Below, piece by piece: positions 39,602 to 48,382 of a stretch of DNA of 64,000 nt. The position numbers were made by a program, and so were the translations under genes. Positions within the stretch are counted from its first letter, which is position 1; each line of letters opens with the position of its first letter. This stretch comes from Turneriella sp. (GTDB lineage: Bacteria > Spirochaetota > Leptospiria > Turneriellales > Turneriellaceae): assembly GCA_965279515.1 (NCBI GenBank), contig CBDIID010000003.1:1824001-1888000 (forward strand), in the 5' to 3' direction. Under the pieces are notes generated by a model. That model saw only the letters and a list, made by a program, of their open reading frames with translations. It made no database searches and had not been told where the DNA came from.

Positions 39602-39898
39602 ATGCGATCAATCCTGTTCTTCTTTGCCATCGGGCTCGTTGCCGGTTTACCGGCGGCAGACACGGCAGCCGATGAGGTCCGCTCTGTCGAAACCCAGTCG
39701 GCCGAATCGAAATATTGCAAGTCCAATGAAGTGCCCTACTTCGAGGCCGGCTGCACGGGTAAGGGTACGGTGCGCTGCTGGCCGCAGAATCTCCGCCCGA
39801 CGCCCATGGAAGCCTGCCTGTGCAACGGCAAACAGGGCAATGCGCCGCTGCCCGGCGGTGGCCTGCGCTGGCGCCACGCGGGTAAATGTAAGAATTGA
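39602..39898 (+). CDS. Small secreted Cys-rich protein
   Basis: Signal peptide MRSILFFFAIGLVAGLPA; six Cys in the mature part. Confidence 0.65.
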   Translation: MRSILFFFAIGLVAGLPAADTAADEVRSVETQSAESKYCKSNEVPYFEAGCTGKGTVRCWPQNLRPTPMEACLCNGKQGNAPLPGGGLRWRHAGKCKN

Positions 39899-39982
39899 CT
39901 TTTCGACCGCCTGAAAAGGTCAAAATCGGAGTCTCATTTTTAATTTGACGCGGCTGCCGAACACGCCGACAAACACCGGCCG

Positions 39983-40570
39983 ATGAATATTTCCTGGCTC
40001 GGACTTTTCGCCGCCGTGGCAAGCGCCGCCACGAAAGCCGCTGATTTTATGTCGCGGCTGATGCCTTACCGCGAGCGGCTCTTTCGCCTCGCGCTGGGGC
40101 AACTGCAGAATACCAGCGACGCCGAAGACGCCGTGCAAGAGGCGCTGATCAAGGCAGGCCGCAACGCCCAGACCTTCCGCAGCGAATCGAGCGAATATAC
40201 CTGGGTCGTTCGTATTCTCATCAACCACTGCCACGATGTGCAGCGCAAGGTCTCGCGCCGGCAAAAGCGCGAAGTCGCTGGGGATGTCACCAGTGAAAAA
40301 GGCACGCAGATTGCCGATACCCGGGCCTCGGCCGAACAAAATATCGAACTTTCGGACATATCACGGCATCTAATGGATGCAGTGAACGAATTGGGCCAGA
40401 ATTATAAACCACTGATACTCATGCGCTACTTTGAAGAGATGAGTTATGAAGATATTGCCCAAAGCCTCGAGATCAACCTCGGGACGGTGAAGTCGCGCAT
40501 GAATCAGGCCAAAACCCTGCTCAAAGAGAAGCTGACCGAGCGCGGCATCGGGGGGGATTACTTTGGCTAG
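39983..40570 (+). CDS. ECF sigma-70 factor
   Basis: DAEDAVQEALIK, YTWVVRILIN, MSYEDIA...GTVKSR. Confidence 0.92.
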   Translation: MNISWLGLFAAVASAATKAADFMSRLMPYRERLFRLALGQLQNTSDAEDAVQEALIKAGRNAQTFRSESSEYTWVVRILINHCHDVQRKVSRRQKREVAGDVTSEKGTQIADTRASAEQNIELSDISRHLMDAVNELGQNYKPLILMRYFEEMSYEDIAQSLEINLGTVKSRMNQAKTLLKEKLTERGIGGDYFG

Positions 40571-41600
40571 AAAAAATCCCCCCGCCGAAGACCCACGCTT
40601 CGAAGCGTTTCTGCAGAAACAATTCGCTGAGTTAAAGCGCGAGCTCGCAAAATATCCGGCTCCGGGCGCCGCGAAGCAGGGTAAGATTCTGCAACTTGCG
40701 CAGGCGCCCCAGGCGCGCGCGGGCAGAGGCTCATGGAGATACGGTATCGCCGCCGCCGTGCTCGTTGCCGTCGCCGTGCCGATGGTAATACAACTCAACC
40801 AGCAAAAAGCCGAACTGGCGTCAAAAATGGAAGCACCGGCGCCGGTACCAGAAGCGGAGCGTACTCTACCGAAATTGGCAGAAAAACAAACCGCGCGCAA
40901 AGCAGAGCTCGACAGCCTCGACGCCAGGAAAAGTGCCGCCGATCTGGATGAAGCAGAGGAAAAATCACAGGGTTATCTGAAGAATTCACCGGCAAAAGCT
41001 AAAAAGAAAGGTGGTCCCGGCCGCATCGACGATGTCACGGCCGGCGAACGCCCCGCGGCGACGCTCAAAGCCAGCCGTGAAGAAGCCGCGCCGAAAGATG
41101 CCATGGCAACCGGCAAGGCCGAAGAAGGCCGGGTAACCAACGCTGTGCGTGAAAACGAATCCGATAGATTTTTCGCAAAAAAGGAAGCGGTAAAACCGAC
41201 ATTGGCACAGGATAGCCGGTCCCATAGAGGCGATGAGTCACCATCCGCTGTCGCACCCGCAGCACCGCGAGCTGCGGCACCCGCGCCACAACCAGCCATA
41301 ACGCGCAGCGCCGCACCGGCTACGGAAATTTCCGGCGGTGACCAAGGGGCCGCGATGGCCGACAAGCCGGCACCAGCAGAATTAAATGCCCGCTCTATAG
41401 CCGTCGACGATGCGAAGACCAGGCTCAAGAAGCTCGATGCCAGCAACGAAGAAAAGGCCGAGATGGAAAAGCTCTGGAAAGAATTCGAGAAAGACCCGAA
41501 ATCCTTCAACCAGGATAAAAAGCGCAGCGCACGCCTGCGCACCCTGCTCTCGCGGCACAACGAAAAATCCCGCGCAAAGCGGATGAAAGCGGTTCAATAA
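40563..41600 (+). CDS. Single-TM protein, probable anti-sigma factor
   Basis: Overlaps the ECF gene; short cytoplasmic N-terminus, one TM helix, long Ala/Lys/Glu/Pro-rich region. Confidence 0.6.
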   Translation: MARKNPPAEDPRFEAFLQKQFAELKRELAKYPAPGAAKQGKILQLAQAPQARAGRGSWRYGIAAAVLVAVAVPMVIQLNQQKAELASKMEAPAPVPEAERTLPKLAEKQTARKAELDSLDARKSAADLDEAEEKSQGYLKNSPAKAKKKGGPGRIDDVTAGERPAATLKASREEAAPKDAMATGKAEEGRVTNAVRENESDRFFAKKEAVKPTLAQDSRSHRGDESPSAVAPAAPRAAAPAPQPAITRSAAPATEISGGDQGAAMADKPAPAELNARSIAVDDAKTRLKKLDASNEEKAEMEKLWKEFEKDPKSFNQDKKRSARLRTLLSRHNEKSRAKRMKAVQ

Positions 41601-41629
41601 AATAAAAAACCGGCTCGAGGCCGGTCTTT
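41601..41629. terminator. Probable bidirectional intrinsic terminator
   Basis: A-run, then ACCGGC-tcgag-GCCGGT, then CTTT, between convergent genes. Confidence 0.55.
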
Positions 41630-41641
41630 ACGAAACGGGGG

Positions 41642-41666
41642 TCTTAGGGGGCTAAGCCCCCTAAGA
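41642..41666. repeat. Perfect hairpin TCTTAGGGGGC-taa-GCCCCCTAAGA
   Basis: 11-bp stem immediately downstream of the hppA stop. Confidence 0.7.
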
Positions 41667-41670
41667 TACG

Positions 41671-44148
41671 TCAGCTTGCTTTTTCGTTCTTGATTCTCAT
41701 GCCGTAGAATGAGCGCCAGACGAAGAACATGCTGCCGACAAAGAACGCGATGGCAAGGGCCGTGCGCAAAGTTGTCGGTGTGCCGTCAGGGTTCTTGAGT
41801 TCGACAGCGAGCTCAACAGCGAGAAGGCCGAAGAGTGTTGTGAACTTGATCACCGGGTTCATCGCGACAGATGAAGTATCTTTGAACGGGTCACCCACTG
41901 TATCGCCGACAACAGTTGCGTCGTGCAGCGGTGTGCCTTTCTGTTTCAGTTCGACTTCCACGAGTTTCTTCGCGTTATCCCAGGCACCGCCGGCATTCGC
42001 CATGAAGATCGCCTGGTAGAGACCGAAGATCGCGATAGAAATGAGGTACCCGATAAAGAAGAATTCATTCACGAAAGCAAAGGCCAGCGTGCTGAAGAAG
42101 ATACCGAAGAAGATGTTGACCATCCCCTTTTGAGCATATTGCGTACAGATTTCAACAACGCGCTTGCTGTCTTTCATCGACGCTTTGGTCGCGCCGTCGA
42201 GCTTGATGTTAGCCTTGATGAATTCGACCGCGCGGTATGCGCCCGTCGAAACAGCCTGCGTTGAGGCACCAGTAAACCAATAGATCACCGCGCCGCCGGT
42301 GATGAGACCCAGCAGAAACGGAGCGTGCAGCAGTGACAGGTTGCCGATCGCAGTCTGGTTGCTGAAGTTGTTGGTGAGCATGCTGATGATTGAGAAAATC
42401 ATCGCTGTAGCACCGACAACCGCTGTACCGATCAGAACGGGTTTCGCTGTAGCTTTAAACGTGTTACCTGCACCGTCGTTCGCTTCGAGGAAGTGTTTCG
42501 CTTTTTCGAAGTTGAGGTCAAAGCCGAAGTCTTTTTTCACTTCTGCTTTAACGTTTGGTACATCTTCAATGAGAGAAAGTTCATAAACCGACTGTGCGTT
42601 ATCGGTTACCGGGCCGTAAGAGTCGACCGCAATCGTTACCGGGCCCATGCCCAGGAAGCCGAAAGCCACGAGGCCGAAGGCGAAGACCGCAACCGCGTAT
42701 GGGTTCATCAGTGCACCGAGGCCGGTGAGGGCCACATAATAAGACACACCCATGAGCGCCACGATGGTAATCCCCATCCAATAGGCGGAGAAGTTACCGG
42801 CGGTGAGACCGGCGAGTACGTTGAGGGATGCGCCGCCTTCTTTGGAGGCAGTCACAACTTCATGCACGTGCGCCGATTCTGTTGAAGTAAATACTTTCAC
42901 AAGTTCAGGAATGATCGCACCCGCAAGAGTACCGCAGGTAATGATCGTAGAGAGTTTATACCACAGTGTTCCGTCGCCGAGCGTTGGAATCAGCAGGTAA
43001 GAGACAAGGTAGGTAAGGCCGACTGAAACAATAGAGGTAATCCAAACCAGCCATGTCAGCGGGGTTTCAAAGTTGAAGCTGTCTGCTTTTTTGAAACGTG
43101 CGCTGGCGATCGCGCTGTTCAGCCAATACGAACCAAGTGATGCGAAGATCATCACGATACGCATCGCGAAGATCCACACCAGCAGTTGCACCTGGAATTG
43201 CGGGAAAACCGCGAGCAGGATAAGGGAAATGAGCGCAACACCTGTCACGCCATAAGTTTCGAAACCGTCGGCTGTTGGACCAACAGAGTCACCGGCATTG
43301 TCACCGGTACAGTCGGCGATTACACCGGGGTTACGGGCATCGTCTTCTTTGATTTTGAAAACGATCTTCATGAGGTCTGAACCGATGTCGGCGATCTTGG
43401 TAAAGATACCGCCGGCGATTCTGAGCGCCGAAGCACCGAGTGATTCACCGATCGCAAAACCGATAAAACAAGGACCCGCGAAGTCGGCGGGAATAAAGAG
43501 CAGAATCGCGAGCATCAGTACGAGCTCGACTGAGATCAGCAGCATACCGATAGACATACCGGCACGCAGCGGGATTGCATACGTGTTGTAAGGTTTGCCC
43601 GTCAACGCAGCAAAGGCTGTGCGCGAGTTAGCGAATGTGTTAATACGGATACCGAACCAGGCGACGCCGTAGCTGCCGGCGATACCGACAACCGAGCAGG
43701 CGAGAATAGCGGCGACTTTAGAGACACCGTAGCCATGGATCGCTTTGCCGGCGGCGTCGAGACCACCTTGTGCCAGAAAGCCAAAGTAGTAGACCATGAT
43801 CGCCGCGATGAAAATCCACAGGAAAGCAAGAAATTTGCCCTGGGTGATCATGTACGTTTTGCAGGTTTCATAGATAAGCTCTGAAACTTCGAGCATGACT
43901 TTATGCACCGGCAGGTTTTTCAGGCGCACGTACTCGACGAGGCCGAAAATCAGGCCCAGAAAGCAGGCACCGAGGCCTACCATCAAAAGCGTGCGTCCGT
44001 CCAGACCCAGAAAGCTTTGGCTTGCCAGATTGGGAATTTTGAGGTCGGCTTCGCTCGCCATAAGGGGCGACGCTGAAACCACGAGCAAGGTAATTAAACC
44101 CGCCCAGTTACGAATGTTAAACATAGAGGTCTCCTGGATAGTTTTCAT
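41671..44148 (-). CDS. hppA: Membrane-bound ion-translocating pyrophosphatase
   Basis: GGIFTKIADIGSDL, EDDARNPGVIAD, GDNAGD, GGAWDNAKK, VGDTVGDPFKD; alternative start 44124. Confidence 0.95.
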   Translation of the reverse strand: MKTIQETSMFNIRNWAGLITLLVVSASPLMASEADLKIPNLASQSFLGLDGRTLLMVGLGACFLGLIFGLVEYVRLKNLPVHKVMLEVSELIYETCKTYMITQGKFLAFLWIFIAAIMVYYFGFLAQGGLDAAGKAIHGYGVSKVAAILACSVVGIAGSYGVAWFGIRINTFANSRTAFAALTGKPYNTYAIPLRAGMSIGMLLISVELVLMLAILLFIPADFAGPCFIGFAIGESLGASALRIAGGIFTKIADIGSDLMKIVFKIKEDDARNPGVIADCTGDNAGDSVGPTADGFETYGVTGVALISLILLAVFPQFQVQLLVWIFAMRIVMIFASLGSYWLNSAIASARFKKADSFNFETPLTWLVWITSIVSVGLTYLVSYLLIPTLGDGTLWYKLSTIITCGTLAGAIIPELVKVFTSTESAHVHEVVTASKEGGASLNVLAGLTAGNFSAYWMGITIVALMGVSYYVALTGLGALMNPYAVAVFAFGLVAFGFLGMGPVTIAVDSYGPVTDNAQSVYELSLIEDVPNVKAEVKKDFGFDLNFEKAKHFLEANDGAGNTFKATAKPVLIGTAVVGATAMIFSIISMLTNNFSNQTAIGNLSLLHAPFLLGLITGGAVIYWFTGASTQAVSTGAYRAVEFIKANIKLDGATKASMKDSKRVVEICTQYAQKGMVNIFFGIFFSTLAFAFVNEFFFIGYLISIAIFGLYQAIFMANAGGAWDNAKKLVEVELKQKGTPLHDATVVGDTVGDPFKDTSSVAMNPVIKFTTLFGLLAVELAVELKNPDGTPTTLRTALAIAFFVGSMFFVWRSFYGMRIKNEKAS

Positions 44149-44198
44149 CGGAAAGAGATGTGGGGGTTAGAATCTCGTCGAAAATCAGGGGGTAAAGT

Positions 44199-44222
44199 AA
44201 AAAAGGCGGGATAACCCGCCTT
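44199..44222 (-). terminator. Intrinsic terminator after the three-gene envelope operon
   Basis: Minus strand GGCGGG-ttat-CCCGCC followed by TTTTTT. Confidence 0.8.
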
Positions 44223-44247
44223 CAAAGCTATTTGCTCAGTTACAGGA

Positions 44248-44835
44248 CTAATAATCCAGACTTGTAGGACGGCCAAAAGCATAACGAAGGGTCAGAGAAA
44301 CGACCGGTCCCGAAAGGTTGAGTGAATCCGGAAGCTCAACGGCCTTGCTGTATGCAAAACCAATCCGCGGTATTGCTGAGATCTCATGTGTAAGATGAAT
44401 CTCCACACCGGCTCCAAATTCCGTATAAAACGCAGACACATTGGAGCCCAAGGTACCATCCGCCCGGACCAACTTCACCATAAAGACGCCGATGTTTGCG
44501 TACGGCAACAAGGTTAATAGGTTAGGCACCAGTCTAAATTTTCCCTCGATTTGTAGCACTGGATTCAGCGATAAGCGGGCACTGCTGGCTGGGTCAACGA
44601 TCATCGCTTGTGGCCGAAGTATCAGGTTAAGATCTCTAAATGCGAAACCGAGACCCACTCCACCACCCAAAGCGGCCGGTGCCGATGTTGGCACCAAGGC
44701 AGTTCCGGTTCCCTCAAGAAAAATGCGGTCACTGAAAGTGGATTCACTTTTCTGAGCGTGAGTTGCGCCACCCAGCAGGGTTGTCACAGATGCTATGATG
44801 ATTGCCTTATACACGATTTTCATATTATTCTCCAT
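44248..44835 (-). CDS. Small outer-membrane beta-barrel (8-strand, OmpA/OmpW-like)
   Basis: Signal peptide ending THA-Q; LPYANIG, FGAGVE, LRYAF. Confidence 0.65.
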   Translation of the reverse strand: MENNMKIVYKAIIIASVTTLLGGATHAQKSESTFSDRIFLEGTGTALVPTSAPAALGGGVGLGFAFRDLNLILRPQAMIVDPASSARLSLNPVLQIEGKFRLVPNLLTLLPYANIGVFMVKLVRADGTLGSNVSAFYTEFGAGVEIHLTHEISAIPRIGFAYSKAVELPDSLNLSGPVVSLTLRYAFGRPTSLDY

Positions 44836-44839
44836 TTAC

Positions 44840-46414
44840 TTAATTCTGTCCTTGCGTCATACTAAAAATATCCTGTACGATTCCCTGTGAAATCTCATCG
44901 ACTGTGTTGAATAGCCTGACATCGACGGGCGATTCAGTCACAGAACCACCGATGGCCTTTTTCTTAACCAAATCATAGACCTTAGATTCTATGGTAATAT
45001 TTCCCGTTTTGTTATTCAGCGAATAAAATCCGAATATCAGGTAATCCGCCCCTGTAGCCTTTTGAAACTCCTTGAGCTTATCGGGAGTGATATCTGACGG
45101 GGATTTAAAAATCCGGTTACCGGCCTCGGTACTTTTTTTTTCTTCGTTGCGGTCGTATTCGAAAATCTTCTTCATCGAATCGTCGACGGCTGCAGACAAA
45201 CTCGAACTCAGCCAGGTATAGAGCACGGTATTTGTGCGATCGTAGAAATCCAGAATCGCAACACTGGCGAGCCCGCCGGCCGCGCCCTGCGCCGACATCT
45301 TATCCTTTTCCTGGGCCAGCGTTTCAAACTGCTCTTCAGGCAGTGTTGCCGTCGGCCGCTGCATTTCGGTGATCATCGCTGCCAGCACTTCTCCGGCATC
45401 GTTCGACTTTGACGGGAATGAATCCTGAAACCAGATCATATTGCCCTGGTGCAAATCAAAGCCGCGGGCAAAAGATTTCTTGCCATCGGGCTTTAAAACC
45501 AGCAGGTAATCGGCCTTGGTACGCGACTGTATTGCCGTGAGGGACTGCCCCAGTTCGCGGTCAAAACCCGCAACCATACGCGACTCGAGCGCCGCAAACT
45601 GTTCATACTCAGCGCGGTCGGCGTCATTGTCAGCCGCGGCGGAATACGAAGGGGGAGCATATGCGGTGACATCTTTGACAACAGCGTAGGCCAGTTTCTG
45701 CGACTCGATATGCCGCAGAGATTCCATCTCATTCACATAGAGGGCGGAATTGTCGAGGCCAGTCAGCACCCGAACATCAAATTTCGACTGCATCAGATAC
45801 TCGTAAAAACCGTTGAGATTTGAACCCTCGAGCGGGGTAATAATAGCAATTTTGCTTTCGGCGGGAATCGGCTTTGCCAGGTAGCGGCCCTCTTCGAGCG
45901 GCAAGAGATGGCGCACCATGTCACGCACCGCCGTTTCGGGGGTTGAGTACATGTTAAACGATACCATATTCCGCGTCACGGAGTCATAATGGTGCAAGCG
46001 AAGGAAGACAAATTTTTTATCCGGTAAATCCTGGGGTTTCGCTTCTTCACCGGGCGCCGGCTTTTGTTGCTGCTGGTATTCGTAAATTTCAGCGGTGATG
46101 AGATTGCCGTCGCTGATCAGAGGTTTGATTTTATCATACTCCGCTGTGGTATATCTGACACGGTTTTCAATCTGCTTCTCTTCCCGGAGTTTGATAAACT
46201 CATTCGGGTACATGACCCGGCCCTTTTGGGCCTTGGTATAGGCTTTATTGAGCAAGATCGGAAAGCGAAGGGAAATTTCTTTCGAGAGCGGGCTGTCAAA
46301 CCGGCGGTAAAACATACCGACCGCTGTTGTGCGGCTTGCCCCGAGGGTATCTGCCAGAACGAAAAAAAATCCGGCCAGGCAGAGAGGCTTAAAGATGCTG
46401 CGGAATCGGCGCAG
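44840..46414 (-). CDS. Secreted protein with CsgG/TolB-N-like alpha/beta domains; start uncertain (CTG 46414 or ATG 46315)
   Basis: VAILDFYD...GADYLIFGFY...ITIESKVYDL; a signal peptide is encoded only upstream of ATG 46315. Confidence 0.65.
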   Translation of the reverse strand: MRRFRSIFKPLCLAGFFFVLADTLGASRTTAVGMFYRRFDSPLSKEISLRFPILLNKAYTKAQKGRVMYPNEFIKLREEKQIENRVRYTTAEYDKIKPLISDGNLITAEIYEYQQQQKPAPGEEAKPQDLPDKKFVFLRLHHYDSVTRNMVSFNMYSTPETAVRDMVRHLLPLEEGRYLAKPIPAESKIAIITPLEGSNLNGFYEYLMQSKFDVRVLTGLDNSALYVNEMESLRHIESQKLAYAVVKDVTAYAPPSYSAAADNDADRAEYEQFAALESRMVAGFDRELGQSLTAIQSRTKADYLLVLKPDGKKSFARGFDLHQGNMIWFQDSFPSKSNDAGEVLAAMITEMQRPTATLPEEQFETLAQEKDKMSAQGAAGGLASVAILDFYDRTNTVLYTWLSSSLSAAVDDSMKKIFEYDRNEEKKSTEAGNRIFKSPSDITPDKLKEFQKATGADYLIFGFYSLNNKTGNITIESKVYDLVKKKAIGGSVTESPVDVRLFNTVDEISQGIVQDIFSMTQGQN

Positions 46415-46418
46415 AGCC

Positions 46419-46997
46419 TTATTTCCCCTTTTGCATTGTTTCGATCATCTGGCCGACGACAGTCTTCAGATCATCCTTGCGGGCTGCGGAATAGTTCTGC
46501 ACAAATACGAGTTCCATATTGTCGAGTTTGATCGCACGCGCCCAGGCATAGCCGGTATCCCAGCGTGTCAGCGAGAGAAGAATGACGTAGCGCACTCCCA
46601 TTTTGACGCGCATATTCTGTAGCATTTCGGCCTTCAGGTTTTCAAAATTAAAAAGATGGAGTTTGTAAATATTTTCAAAGACTTTGTCCGCCACGGCAAC
46701 CTGCCGCTGCGAATTTTTCGGATCAAACAGGTTACTCACAAATGCCGTTTTTTTCAGCGCTTTCACATCCAGCACATCGTCTGTCGTATAAAAATCCGTC
46801 GCGTTGAATGCCTTCACGGCATAACCCGCATTCATGAACTCGGTAAAAACCGCATTCTTGAGATCATTTTCCCCTTCGATCAGAATCGCCACGTTAGAAT
46901 TTTTAGGGATAGCTTCTTTAATCGCGTACGTATTGCGCGCAGACCTGCAAGCACTTGCCAGCGCACTGAGACATAATACCCAAAGGAGATTTTTCAT
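46419..46997 (-). CDS. Lipoprotein (LpoB/CsgG-like fold possible)
   Basis: MKNLLWVLCLSALASAC lipobox. Confidence 0.7.
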   Translation of the reverse strand: MKNLLWVLCLSALASACRSARNTYAIKEAIPKNSNVAILIEGENDLKNAVFTEFMNAGYAVKAFNATDFYTTDDVLDVKALKKTAFVSNLFDPKNSQRQVAVADKVFENIYKLHLFNFENLKAEMLQNMRVKMGVRYVILLSLTRWDTGYAWARAIKLDNMELVFVQNYSAARKDDLKTVVGQMIETMQKGK

Positions 46998-47070
46998 ATA
47001 GTTACCTATCGGCCGACTTCAGGCCCTTGTCAAGAAAATCGGCAAATAAAAAAAGAGTGCGTTGTCGTCC

Positions 47071-48282
47071 TTAGAGCTGGGAGATCATGTGCTCCCAGAA
47101 GCTGGACGCGGCAAAACGCACATTGAGATCATAGGAATCAGCAATAGTTTCCGCGACATCGGCCAAAGTGGCGCGAATACCGAGATTTGCCTGGCGGCGT
47201 GGGCGGAACATCCTAGAGTAGACCAGAAGAGGCACGTACTCGCGGGTATGGCTCGTACCCTCAGCCGTCGGGTCATTGCCATGGTCTGAGACGATATAGA
47301 GCATGTCTTCGTTCTCCATGGCGCGGAACAGGCGGGGCAAGTACTGGTCGAGCGTCTCAAGCGCATCAATGTAACCGAGGGCATCGCGGTTGTGGCCAAA
47401 CTGGCCGTCGAGGTCAGGCAGTGTCGCAATGATAAAACTCTGCTTGGCCCGGTTCATCTCACCCTCGCGGATCAGTTCATTCAATGCCTCGAGGCATTCA
47501 GCATTGTTTTTTACTTCTTTGGAATCTTTAATCGCGGCGCCTTCGATCATCTCCGAAACCTTGCCAATCGTATATACCGGAATACCGGCATCGGCGAGAT
47601 GCGTCGCCAGCGTCGGCGAGCGCGGCGGCGAATGAAACATCGCGGTGGGCGAATCTGTATCTACGGAAAAATTGGCGATATCACCTTTGAAATAATGCAC
47701 ATGCAGACGACCAATGCCGTGCCGCGAGAGTACATCCCACGCCGCATGGCCCAAAAGATAAAATTCATCGGGCTGAAACTTTTCGCCGTGTACATGAATG
47801 TGCGTCAGGGAATCGTCTGTCACCAGCAAAATAGGATTTCCCGTTTCGAGATGCGTTTCACCGTACTTCGTCAAAAACCCCTGCTGCACATCGTTGGTGT
47901 TTCCCAAAAAGCTGCGGCCAGTGGCATGGCCCAGTTCCTGCAGAATAGCGGGGGTCACGCCCGCCGGATACGTCAGGTACTTATCTTCCTGGAAGGTGCC
48001 TAACAGTTCGCGGTGCCCGCCAATCGAATCGTTGCCCTCGTTGCGTTGCGTCACCTTCGCAAAGAAGCCGATCGTCTCTTCTTCGCGCGGCCACCCCTTG
48101 GTGTAGGTCAGGTTGGTGAGCCCCATGCGGGCAAAATTGGGGATCTCCATCTTCGGGCGCAGCTCTGAAATATGCGACAGGGTATTCGCACCGCGCTTGC
48201 CATAGAGGTAGGCGTCGGGCTGCTCGCCGACACCGAGGCCGTCGATGACGAGTACGATCGATTTACCGATACCGAGCGACAT
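47071..48282 (-). CDS. deoB: Phosphopentomutase
   Basis: VIDGLGVGEQPDA...GANTL, DLDGQFGHNRD, SDHGNDP, HTREYVP; start MSLGIG. Confidence 0.9.
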   Translation of the reverse strand: MSLGIGKSIVLVIDGLGVGEQPDAYLYGKRGANTLSHISELRPKMEIPNFARMGLTNLTYTKGWPREEETIGFFAKVTQRNEGNDSIGGHRELLGTFQEDKYLTYPAGVTPAILQELGHATGRSFLGNTNDVQQGFLTKYGETHLETGNPILLVTDDSLTHIHVHGEKFQPDEFYLLGHAAWDVLSRHGIGRLHVHYFKGDIANFSVDTDSPTAMFHSPPRSPTLATHLADAGIPVYTIGKVSEMIEGAAIKDSKEVKNNAECLEALNELIREGEMNRAKQSFIIATLPDLDGQFGHNRDALGYIDALETLDQYLPRLFRAMENEDMLYIVSDHGNDPTAEGTSHTREYVPLLVYSRMFRPRRQANLGIRATLADVAETIADSYDLNVRFAASSFWEHMISQL

Positions 48283-48382
48283 GGTTGGGAAAGAAGCCGC
48301 CGCGCACTCATGCCTGCAACCGGGATTGCCCACGTGCCCGGAGATTTGCTGTGCGCGGCAAGTCGCGTCGCGACCTTCACCG

